The notes beneath the pieces were generated by a model that saw only the letters and a list, made by a program, of their open reading frames with translations, had not been told where the DNA came from and did not search any database. Shown in pieces: positions 24,914 through 36,068 of a stretch of 64,000 nucleotides of DNA (within the stretch, counting starts at the first letter, position 1; each line of letters begins with the position of its first letter). A program made the position numbers and the translations under genes. Source of the DNA: Heterodontus francisci (lineage: Eukaryota); the NCBI RefSeq assembly GCF_036365525.1, contig NC_090376.1, forward strand, positions 71,014,964 to 71,078,963, in the 5' to 3' direction.

Positions 24914-26466
24914 CAGTCGTGAATGGTGGCGGACAATTAAACAACTAACAGGAGGAGGAGGTGGCTCCACAAATATCTCCATCCTCAATGATGGGGAGCC
25001 CAGCACATCAGTGCAAAAGAAAAGGCTGAAGCATTCGCAACCATCTTCAGCCAGCAGTGCCGAGTGGATGATCCATCTCGGCCTCCTCCTGAAGTCCCCA
25101 GCATCACAGCCAATTCCATGTGATATCAAGAAATGGCTGAAAGCACTGGATGTTGCAAAAGTCATGGATCCTGACAACATCCCAGCTGTAGTACTGAACA
25201 ATTGTGCTGCAGAACTGATCGCGCCCCCAGCCAAGCTGTTCCAGTCTAGCTACAACACTGGCATCTACACAACAATGTGGAAAATTGCCCAGGTATGACC
25301 AGTACACAAAAGACAGAACAAATCCAATCCAGCCAATTACTGCCCCATCAGTTTACTCTGAATCATCAGCAAAGTGATGGAAGGTGTCGTCAACAGTGCT
25401 ATCAAGTGCCATTTGAAGTGCAATAACCTGCTCTTGGATGCTCAGTTTGGGTTCCACCAAGGTCACTTGGCTCCTGACCTCATTACAGCCTTGGTCCAAA
25501 CGTGGACAAAAGAGGTGAGGTGAGTGTGATTGCCCTGGCAACATTTGACCGAGTGTGGCATCAAGGAGCCCTAGCCAAACTGAAGTCAATAGGAATCAAG
25601 GGGAAACTCTCCACTGGTTGGACTCATACCTAGCACATGATGGTTGTGGATGTTGGAGGCCAAGTATCTCAGCCCCAGGACATTGCTGCAGGAGTTCCTC
25701 AGGGTAGTGTCCTAGGCCCAACCATCTTCAGCTGCTTCATCAATAACGATCCCTCCATCATAAGGTCAGAAGTGGGACGTTCACTGATGATTGTACGATG
25801 TTCAGCACCATTCACAACTCCTCAGATACAGAAGCAGTCCAGTCCAGCAAGACCTGGACAGCATTTAAGCTTGGGCTGATAAGTGACAAGTAATGTTAAG
25901 CCACACAAGTGCCAGGCAATGACCGTCTCCAATAAGAGAGAATCTAACCATCTCCCCTTGACATTCAACAGCATTATCATCGCTGAAATTCCCACTATCA
26001 ACATCCTGGGTGTTATCATTGACCAGAAACTGAACTGGAATAGCCACATAAATGCTGTGGCTACAAGAGCAGGCCAGAGACTGGGAATTCTGTGGCGAAT
26101 AACTCACCTCCTGTCTCCCCAATACCTGTCCACTATATACAAGGCACAAGTAAGGAGTGTGATAGAATACTCTCCACTTGCCTGGATGGGTGTGGCTCTA
26201 ACAACACTCAAGAAGCTCAACAGCATCCAGGACAAAGCAACCCATTTGATCGGTACCCCATCCACCAACTTAAACATTCACTCCCTCCACCACTGATGCA
26301 CAGTGGCAGCAGTGTGTACCCTATACAAGATGCACTGCAGCAACTCACCGCCTCCTTTGACAGTACCTTCCAAACCTGCGACCTCTTCAACCTAGAAGGA
26401 CAAGGGCAGCAGGCGCACGGGAACACCACCACCTGCAAGTTCCCTTCCAAGTCACCATCCTGACTA
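24914..26466 (+). mobile_element. CR1/L2-group LINE (family B) fragment, truncated at both ends
   Basis: SREWWRTIKQLTGGG, MDPDNIPAVVL, GVPQGSVLGPTIFSCFIN and IYKAQVRSVIEYSPLAW. Confidence 0.9.
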
Positions 26467-26544
26467 TGTAGCAGATGGATTGAAAGGTGGGGAATTGTGG
26501 AGGTACTGTGATGTTGGAATGACATTTTAGGGGAACCAGAGTCT

Positions 26545-27580
26545 CAGTATATGCTCATGGACAGCTGTCTTGGGCAAAGGGGTCCCAGATGCTTCCTCTT
26601 TTTCCTCCTACTCCTCCTCCTCCTCCCTAGATGACCTCCGAATATCTGGTGGCAAGGGATGTGCCCACATGACCGCTTGGTTGTGGAGGACTCAGCAGAC
26701 CACCATGAACTTGGACACATGCTCTGTTGAGTACTGAAGAGTGGCCCCTCGAGTGGTTCAAGCAGTGGAACTGTTGCTTCAAAACACCAATGTTTTTTCC
26801 ATGACATTCCTTGCTGCTGCAGTGTTCTTATTATTGGTGCATTGTCCTCACAAGGTTGGGTGGTGGAGGGGAATCATGAGCCAGGTGTATACCGGATATC
26901 CCCTGTCACCCAGCAGCCAGCCTCTGGTTCTTTGTGATGGCTCAAAGATGACGGGTATGGCTGACTGCCTCAGGATGAAGGCATCATGGTTGCTCCAGGA
27001 TAGTGGGCATTCACCAAGAGGATCTTCTGGTCATGGCCACACACCAACTGGATGTTGATGAAGTGGTAGCCCTTGTATGGGGCCTACAGTCAATCATATC
27101 CTGCACCATTGGGAATCCCACGAATCTGCAAAATCATGTACTCTCTCTGGTCAGTAAGAAGACAATGAAGTCCCCTCTCCTTCTATATAGGGCGTCAGTG
27201 ATCTCCCGAATGCTTCGATGGAAGGTGATCTGTGGGATTTTGCTGATGTTGCCTGCTCCTGCCTGGAAAGATCCACTGGCATAGAAATTTAGGGCCATGG
27301 GGATCTTGACAGCCACTGACAGTGCTGTCCTTGCCCTGCTGCATGAGTGCAGGTCGAGTTGCAGGAGGTGACACAGTTCAGCTACCACCTCCTTGCTGAA
27401 TCACCTTGGACACTGCTTCTGGCTGAAGTGGAGGTAAGAGAAGTATTCCCTAAACACTCTTGGTGCCTAGGGCCTTCTATTGAGAGCCCTCCTCCTCTTC
27501 CCTCTGTGCACTGCATCTCCTCTGCTGCGTCTGCCCCATTTCCAAGTCATGCTGCAACCAAAGAGGGACTGTAACTGTAG
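26545..27580 (-). pseudogene. Harbinger transposase remnant
   Basis: VAELCHLLQLDL..ALSVAVKIPMALNFYASGSFQ..IREITDALY; HDAFILRQS; GWLLGDRGY. Confidence 0.85.
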
Positions 27581-27764
27581 CCCCCATTACCGAAGGAAGT
27601 TTTCTCCTGCCAGTCCAAACAACACTGACCTCCTTGTGAGGATCCAGCATCACTCACTTGAAAATCCAATAAGTTAGCAAAATTCCTCCATTAACACAGC
27701 ACAGTACTTCCACTAACTCTGCATGAGCGAAAGTAAGTCAAAAGCACCTCATCTGGGAGAAGGA

Positions 27765-28697
27765 TTTTTTTCTGCTTTCATGGGATGTGAGCATTGCTGG
27801 CAGGGTCAGCATTTGTTTCCTATCCCTAATTCCTTTTGGGAAGGTGGTGGTGAGCCACCGCCTTGAACTGCTTTGGTCCAAGTGGTGCGGGGACACCCAC
27901 AGTGCTGTTAGAACGGGAGTTCCAGGTTTTTGATCCTGTGATGGTGAAGGAATGGCAATATAGTTCCAGTTCAGCACGGTGTGTGGCTTGAAGGGACACG
28001 TGCAGGTGGTGGTGTTCCCATGTGTCTGCTGCCCTTGTCGTTCTAGGTGGTAAAAGTCGTGGGTATGGAAGGTGCTGCCGAAGGAACCTTGGTGAGTTGC
28101 TGCAGGGCATCTTGTATATGGTCTGCACTGCTGCCACTGTAGACCGGTGGTGGAGGGAGTGAATATTTAAGGTGATGGATGGGGCACTGAACAAAGAGAT
28201 TGCTTTGCTCTGGATGGTGTCGAACTTCTTGAGTGCTGTTGGAGCTGCACACATCCAGGCAAGTGAGGAATATTCCATAACACTCCTGACTTGTGCCTTG
28301 TAGATGGTGGACAGGCTTTGGGGAGTCAGTTGGTGAGTTACTCTCTGCAGAATTCCCAGCCTCTGACCTGCTTTTGTAGCTACAATATTTATATGGCTAC
28401 TCCGGTTCCCACTTATGGTCAATATTAACCCCCAGGATGTTGATGGTGGGGGATTCAACAATGGTAATGCCATTGAATGTCAAGGGGAGATGGTTAGATT
28501 CTCTCTTGGAGATGGTCATTGCCTGGCACTTGTGTGGCATTAACATTACTTGCCACTTATCAGCCAAAGCCTGGATTTTGTCCAGGCTTTGCTGTGTGTG
28601 GACACAAACTGCTTCAGTATTTGAGGAGTTACAAATGGTACTGAACATTGTACAATTATCAGTGAACATCTCCACTTCTGCCCTTATGTTGGAAGGT
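27765..28697 (-). mobile_element. CR1/L2-group LINE (family B), 5'-truncated with 3' tail
   Basis: ORFs 28397-28675 (MFTDNCT) and 27826-28473 (IYKAQVRSVMEYSSLAW). The tail matches that at 9770. Confidence 0.9.
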
Positions 28698-29091
28698 CAG
28701 GTTGGCCCTTTAAGTAACACCAGTAGGGGGTCCTTCATGCAATTGAACACATGTTCAGCAGGTAATGATTAACAGAGAGCTTTAACTGGACCTGCACAGT
28801 CCAAAATGGCAGATTGTGCGCCAAATCAGCATTGGAGACTATTTGGTGTTGTGATCCACTGACTCTGTATGCTTCTGGAGCATGTATGGCACACCCATGC
28901 AAGTGCCCTGTCAGTCAATTTCGTGTCATCAGCTCTCTGTGCCACTCATTGAAAAAAGCAAACAGAGCACTATTAACCTCAGTGTGATTCTAATCTGTTT
29001 TACTATTTATCTTCTCATTTTTGACATGGTGTGTTTTTTTTAATCTATGCTCCATTGCATACAAATTAACTTCAGTTTCTTCTCTTTTCAG

Positions 29092-29213
29092 AGTTCTTTC
29101 ATGATCTCGATGCACAGATGGAACCTATAACACTACACAGTAGTATGACACATCTTGTTCGATACACTCAACAAGGACTGTATTGGATACGAATCAGTAA
29201 TCACATGTTGTAG
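29092..29213 (+). CDS. AFF3: AFF3-like terminal coding exon
   Basis: Acceptor TTCTCTTTTCAG|. The phase-1 join gives [40 protein letters not shown], the AFF-family C-terminus. TAG at 29211-29213. Confidence 0.92.
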
Positions 29214-32200
29214 TGCTTTTATCAATGAACAACTTACGTGTACTTTCAGTTCTAACATAATGAACTGCGGGTTTACTCAGAAAGACTCCTGTGTACATTG
29301 AAAGAAATCTTTGCATTGGAACTTCAAACCTTAAATTTGGTTCTTCCTTGATATTAAAAAATATTAGGCTTCAGTCTTTGAATATAACAAAAGATTGAAG
29401 AAGCACCAATGCAATTTCTCAGCACTGTTTCTTCTTGTTTCCCCCTCTCAGCACTATCCTACCTTTTACATCAGAAAATACCCTTCTACAACTGCTGAAT
29501 ATTACAAGCCTTGACTTACCTCCCCCAATGATATGGATGGGGCAGGTTGTCCGTCCCCGGCAATGGTATCAGCTGCCTGTGCACAAGTGCTGATGCCATT
29601 TTTAAAGGGCTTTGAGTCCTACTGTTGAATTTAAATCAATCTGTTCAGATTGACTGTTCATGAGCCTTCACAGACAACTGTACATGCGTAAACTTTAAAC
29701 CTCTCTTTGCATTCTTTTACAGGTTTCTACCCATAATGATACATTATAAAGTAATTTAAAAAATAGTCAAATTCCATTCGTCATATTTTGTAAGCAAAAG
29801 GTAAAAAGATTAAGTGCAATTTATGGCAATAAGTAATCAATGATTATCTGTTAATCTGAAGACCGTCTAAGTTAAGACTGACAGTAGTGTCAATAATGTC
29901 AATAAAGGCGAAAACAATAGCGGCCCACAAGCGTGCCATTTTTAAAGGGCTTTGAACCCATCTGTTGAATTTAAAAATTTAAAGAGACAGTGAATAAAAA
30001 AAAGTAAATATATTTATTTTGCCCCTCTCCCACCACTCCCAATAAACATAAAATTAATTATTTGCCCTCTCCCCCCACAGAACACTTACCTTGCACACCT
30101 GACCTTCCCCCCTCCAAAGTGCATAAACTTTAAACTATAACCCTTCCCACCATCCTTTACACCAATGATGTCACTTTGACCCTGTTCCCCCCTCCCGCAC
30201 TGAGAAACTTACTTCCTGCCCCCTCCCCACAGGTGTTCCACCTCATTTCCCCAGAGGGGGATCCGACGTCACATGGGTGCTGGCCAGCGGCAGGAAGATT
30301 GCACCGGGACGGAAGGTGGCAGCGCAAGTATAATTAATTCATTAATTTTAATGTATTTAAATATTTAAATGGTGGTCCCGTCACCAAGTGGCAGTGGGGG
30401 GCCTGCAACAAGGCGTCGCCGCCACCGGCAATATCGGGCCGGGCCCTCCCGGTGTCAAGGTGCGTGGCGGCCCTCTCCCGGAGGCAATTTCCAGCCTCCC
30501 CCTATGTCACAATCCCCAACGTCGGGGTGTCTGTAAAATTCAGCCCAGGGAATTCCTATTGAGAAAAAGTAAAAGCTATCTAAGCAATATTGATGAGAAG
30601 GTGTGCAGTAATTGTAAATGATTCATTAAGTTTATTTCGAGAAGGTTAAAGGGGTTGTCAAGGGTCCAGATATTAATTGGTAGATTTTTGGCTTAAAATT
30701 CAGCCTCACCTCATGCTATTAAGCTATTTATAAATAGCATTGTGTTATTTCAAAAACTAAATTGAAGTTATTATTATTCAGGTTAGTTGAAGAATTCTGG
30801 GCATTATTTTCAGAACATGTTTATCTCCCACAAATTTAGTACCATAAGAACATACCCGATAGTTTAAGTGGCATTATGGAAACATTGTAAATGTGTCCAA
30901 TTTTTCTGTTTTCAACACAGTCACCTGGAATTTCTATGGCAGTTCTTACCTTCTGCCATAACTTCTGGGAAAGGTTGGCTGAAACCCTGAAGCAATCCAG
31001 GATTTCTGCCGATCTTCTGCAAAAATTACAGCCAGTGATTGAGGAATCCTTTCGGAAAATCTGCCCCTAGAATCCAGCAGCATGCTGTCCAGTAAATAGG
31101 CAGATTACATAAATAATATTCAACAGCAGGAAATACCTTTTTTGCAAAAGGAAGCAAGTTTAAGATAAAAAAGGGAAAATCCATTATAATGTTAGACTCA
31201 AAAACATCAGTGAGAAAGGACACTCCAAAGAGAGAAGCAAATATTTTTGCTTCATCCTGTTTCCTAGAATTTTTTTTAAATTTCCAATATATTTTTAAAA
31301 TTCAATGCCAATTTTAGGAATAACAATAGACAATAATGTTTGGTGGGCGAGTTGCGTATCTACCACCAATCTATACTATAGTAATGAGAGGCTGCCATTA
31401 GACAATAAGTAAAACATTAGTAAAACAGAAGCCTCAGATAAAGTGGATCAATTATTGGGACAGGTTTACAAGGGCATAATAATATTGATGACAACTAATC
31501 ATCATTTAGAACATTATTTAATTCATTCGAATTTGATCTAGAGATTATTCCTCCTCTATTTTATAATGCTAAGCCTTAATATTTTGTCAGCTATTACCAA
31601 TATAGACTTTAGGGAATTAAATTCATTAGTATTCTGTAATTGCAGTGCTGTAAAGATTGGTATCTTACTGAGCATTACATCTGCTCTATCATATTCAACT
31701 TGTTGGATCTTTGACTTCTGCAATAAAATGTTTGGTCAGAACATCTAACTTTTACACAAAATATCATTATTAGTCCATTATTTAATTATTTAGTCACAAC
31801 AGGGTGTATCTCTTTATTCCTTTGTTAATATCTTCACCTATTCCTCTTTGTTGTTTATGAAATATTGATGAAATGTTACTCCTTCAACAAGGAATGTTTG
31901 ATATGTCAAAGTGTATTATTTTCTTAAAAAATACATCTTTGCTGTTTGATTATAATATTGTATAATGTATGAATTGTCTAATGCTAATGCATTTAACTTA
32001 TATACAAAATTAGTTTACTTTTCAGTCTAGCATAAGATATCTAACACCTTCACCATTGCTGTCATTGATTTTATATTTTTGGATGAAATGTGCTAGTATC
32101 TGAAGCCAAACAAATAACCATAATTAGCAGTTAAATTGTATAATAGTAATTAAGATACAGACAGGCGTGTACATGTGAATGAAGCCTTGGGAGTCACTCA

Positions 32201-32549
32201 TCCTCTTGTTTGGGGTAATTTATATTAAACTGAATTCACTATGGTTTTACAGTACTATAAACTGTAAAAAAAAAATGAAGACTATTGTATAAATATATGG
32301 TCCTGTTGATTGAAAAATGGATAGTTCCGTATTTTAAAAATGCATTTTCATTTCAAGCCTAAATTCTTGCAGATTCTTGCTCCTCAAATTATCCACATCA
32401 ATGTTTCTAGAAAGATCATTGTAAAGTTAATCTAGCTCAATTGAACAAGCCTTAAAAACATTTTAACAATAAGCATATTTATATGAAAAAGTTAATATTA
32501 ATTGAAGGCATCAAAAACACTACTGTTTCATGTCTTTTGTAGGAATAAA
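29214..32549 (+). other. Probable 3' UTR of the AFF3-like gene (end uncertain)
   Basis: AT-rich, largely repeat-poor sequence after the stop. AATAAA candidates at 29901, ~29993, 30041, ~31722 and 32544. Confidence 0.45.
29494..30546. mobile_element. Harbinger-type MITE of the 3946-4737 family in the opposite orientation, with an internal duplication
   Basis: Right end TGTAAAATTCAGCCC. The interior is the reverse complement of 3946-4615. Left end is degenerate. Confidence 0.7.
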
Positions 32550-32944
32550 TATTAATGAAGAAACATAGCAACAAGAAGTCAGCAGGTTAATCAGACTTGA
32601 GAGGACTTTGCTGGATCAAAATAATTATAATCACTTGGTGGTGGGCATCTCAAAACATATCAGTAACAAATTTTACCTTTCGCAGACTATTATCCCACCA
32701 AAAGCATATATCCTACTAGTTTTACAGCAACAGAAGATTTTCTCTAGCAATTCTAAACTAAGAGGACATTTTCATCATCTCAGTAGTTGAAGCATAAATT
32801 AACCTAGACTTGGACTTCTTCCAAGTTAACACCTGGCTGGTTTCAGGACAGGGAGAAGATGAAACTGGTTGATGAGGTTGTCCACTGAATCACTTCTTCC
32901 TTAACAATAGCAGTCAGCATTTTCCTCTGACATGAGGACAGTGT

Positions 32945-33300
32945 AAGGTTACCAACTCTGGTTGTATGTATTCCTGGAGGTTTCATCACATGACCTCCTG
33001 CCTCCCAACCACTACCACTCTCACCAACACTCCTGCCATTTGTCGCCCAAAACATCCACCGTCATTGTGCACTGCCTTCCCACCCCAGTTGGAAAGCAAA
33101 AAGACTCTTCATTGCCCAATTGGATCATTCTTGACTGTCAGCCAAACAGCCTTTCTTCCATCTCCAATATTTTTATAACATATCTTAGAAATGTTCAATA
33201 TTTTGATGCCCCTATGACTTAGGTCGCTTGCCACAGTGTCCTGGAGATTAATCTTCAATTCCTGGAGATGCCAGGCTGTTCCTGGAGGGTTAGCAACCCG
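32945..33300. mobile_element. Small non-autonomous DNA transposon (AGGGTTGCCAAC-like TIRs)
   Basis: Imperfect TIRs AAGGTTACCAAC ... GTTAGCAACCCG and internal repeated TCCTGGAG motifs. Confidence 0.45.
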
Positions 33301-33689
33301 AGGACAATGGCCAGTTGCATCCATCCAAATACAGTCTACTGGAATTCATGTCAGCCACCTGATTTCTGTCTGTGGTCAGGCCATCACTAAGAAGGCCATT
33401 AAGGGGCATTCAGTAGCAGGTGGAACCACATTTAAAGTGAACCTTCATAGGATCTTCAAATTGCTATAAATTTGCTTGTGAACGATCACTAAAGTAATGT
33501 TTTTTCTTTTTTGATCCAAATCTTTCTATTAGTTCCAGTGTTGTTTTTTATTTCCTGTGGCTATCTTTATGTAGCTCATTCAACACAGGCAAAAAAGATG
33601 CATCTATTAGAGATTCCCTTCTAATTGTGCTATTTCGAAGGAGAAATGAATGAGGAAGAGCAATTCATGGAATACAGGCTTATCAGGCA

Positions 33690-34410
33690 CCACAGATTCA
33701 CAACATGAGCAATGCTTAAGGAACCAATGCTTCATTTGTGAGGCTATACAAGATTTGTGTCATATGCTTGAATCAGATTTGAAGCCCATTTCAGGATGGA
33801 TGGCAGTCCCTTTTGGTCAAAGCCAATGCCAGAATAGCTGGGCACAGTGACATTCTCGGGACTGAAGTAAAGTTCAGTAGTGTTTAGTAAAAGATATGAG
33901 ACGGACAGCATGCTGTTGAAACAATGGATACTTCTTTATTTTTACTTTCACTTTTCAGCTCCTCTGCTGGCATGTGTGTGTACAGCAGCCTCAAGTGAAC
34001 AAAATGCACAATGATATTTTCAAAACACTACCGGCAATGAGGCCAAGAAACCCCACAAGAGGGTGGTACATTTTGTATGGAAGGAGGTGGCAGAGTTCTA
34101 CCTCCATCACCCCAAGAACTGCTGCAGAGTACTGGAAGAGGTTCACTATCCTCACAAGAGTAGCTAAGGTAAGTCTCAGAGATGGTGCCAATATACATCT
34201 ACCACTCATACTGCCTTCATTCACCTCCTTACCTACAATACTATTTATTTCTTGCCCAGCTCCCCGCACCCTTTAAAGGAGCAGCTAGGTGCCTTTAGGT
34301 GGCAGCCACCTGCCAGATTTCCCACCCTCCCAATTGGCAAGCTGCCATGTGGAGTGTGATTAGCACTAACATTTCAACAATTGCATTTCCAAGGCCGGAA
34401 AATCCTGGGC
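33690..34410 (+). mobile_element. Highly decayed Harbinger fragments
   Basis: HEQCLRNQCF..IQDLCHMLESDL (transposase N-terminus) and WKEVAE..TPRTAAEYWKRFTILTRVAK|gtaagt (Myb). Confidence 0.55.
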
Positions 34411-34928
34411 TTGATTTCATTGCTGTAACTGCATTGGAGCAGAAACCTGGGACAGGATAGTAATCAGAAAACCTTTGGGTAAATTCTTGTAGCTACTGGA
34501 TTTATCCTGTACCTTCATAGAAACTTTGTTCTGTCTTTAAAAATATCAAAGGATCACAACATCAGACTTCATTTGAACTTTAATAAATAAATTTATTGAG
34601 CAAAAGATGAACATTCTGGTATATAATGGTAATATATTTTATGTAAATATTTTCAGTAGATATTATGTTAATCAGCTCCATGAACAAAACAATAAATGGT
34701 CACCTTATTTATATATGTTTAGCTATTATTTTGTTGTTAGCCTTTAAATATGCAGTATTCTTTTCAAGGTGTCTTTCGAACTGCAAAAGCTGAACTGGCC
34801 TAACCCATCTCTCTTTAAAGGTTCAAACTGCCTCAATGATTTTAACATTAACAGTTTAGCCTATTTAAGTAATGGTTTAGGACTTGATGGATTTAATTAA
34901 CTGTCAGCTCAATTCTAACCAGCTCACC

Positions 34929-35335
34929 TGTAATTTCTGCGGTCTGGAGGAGTCTGTGTTTCACGTTTATATGGAAAGTATGAGGTTGCAGCCCTATTTG
35001 ACTATCTGAGGGGGCTGCTCCTCAAGATCTGGTTGTACTTCAGTACCATACTCCTGATCTTTGACCACGAATCTTTGAGCAGATCGGAGGACCTCCTCGT
35101 GGGATTGCTCCTGGGCCTGGCCAAGGTGGCCAGCAACAGGTCCAGGAAGCGGGCGGTCGAGGGGATCGCTCGGCCCAATTGGCTGCCTCTCCCATGGCTA
35201 TGTCTGCACCCGGGTGTCTCTGGCAAAGGAGCACACGGTTTCCGTCGATTCGCTTGAGGCCTTCTGCAACCCATGGGCACCGGGGGGACTGGAATGCACC
35301 ATCTCCCCCGGTAATGTTATTTTAATTGGAATAAG
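34929..35335 (+). mobile_element. L1/Tx1-clade LINE 3' fragment
   Basis: CNFCGLEESVFHVYME zinc-knuckle motif followed by RLQP..GLLLKIWL..SEDLLVGLLLGLAK. Confidence 0.7.
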
Positions 35336-35539
35336 TCCCCCATTTTTGGGCCAACCGAGAAGTTAATAGGTTTTAAAAAGAGGTATAAGACACAGACTAA
35401 AACTGTGGTTGTTGGGTTCAGAGGTTAAAAAAATTCCAACCGCTGCCAGTCATGCATATAATTAAACAAATCACATAACAAATGGTTTTAATTGAACTGC
35501 CAGGCACTCATTTTCAGTTGCAGAATATTTACACTCCAT

Positions 35540-35910
35540 CTTGATAGAGGTCTTTAAGATTATGAAAGGGTTTGATAGGATAGATGGAGAGAAAATGTTT
35601 CCACCTGTGGAGGAGCTCAAAACTAGGGGCTGCAAATATCAGATAGCCACAAATAATTCCAATAGAGAATTCAGGAGGAAATTCTACACCCAGAGTGTGG
35701 TCGGCATGTGGAAGTTACTACCACAGGAGTAGTTGCGGTGAATAGCATTTTAAAGGGAAGCAAGATAAACATATGAGAGAGAAAGGAATAGTTTATGCTG
35801 ACAGGATTAGATGAAGAGGGATGAGATGAGGGTCATGTGGGGCATAAACACCAGCATTGACCTGTTGAGTTGAATAGCTTGTTTCTGCACTGTATATTGT
35901 ATGTAAACTT
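35540..35910 (+). mobile_element. CR1 3' fragment
   Basis: LIEVFKIMKGFDRIDGEKMFP..FYTQSVVGMW plus a 3' tail. Confidence 0.85.
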
Positions 35911-35949
35911 TGTCAAGATTCCTGTTTGCAAAGGCCACCAGCAAATTAT

Positions 35950-36068
35950 CTGCCACATTTCCTACATTATAACAGTGACTACACTTCAAAAATACTTCAT
36001 TGGCTGTAAAGTGCTTTGAGACACCCAGTGGTTGTGAAAGGCATCATGTAAATGTTTTTCTTTCTTTC
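35950..36068 (+). mobile_element. DeuSINE (SacSINE1/AmnSINE1-like) 3' tail fragment
   Basis: CCTACATTATAACAGTGACTACACTTCAAAAATACTTCATTGGCTGTAAAGTGCTTTG...GAAAGGC, recognised from memory as that tail. Confidence 0.6.

Larger units (their letters stand above)
23380..28927. mobile_element. Decayed Harbinger element (Myb on +, transposase on -) carrying two LINE insertions, inside the last AFF3-like intron
   Basis: Myb remnant at 23380-24913 (QVAREVNSWSLTSRIWQQYW*KFKDLTQVVK|gtcagt); transposase remnant at 26545-27580. Outer boundaries are approximate. Confidence 0.75.

Noticed and set aside
24399-25298. 299-aa ORF as a novel gene
   Set aside because: It is a chance read-through from a Harbinger Myb remnant into an inserted LINE fragment, with internal frame switches relative to both parents.
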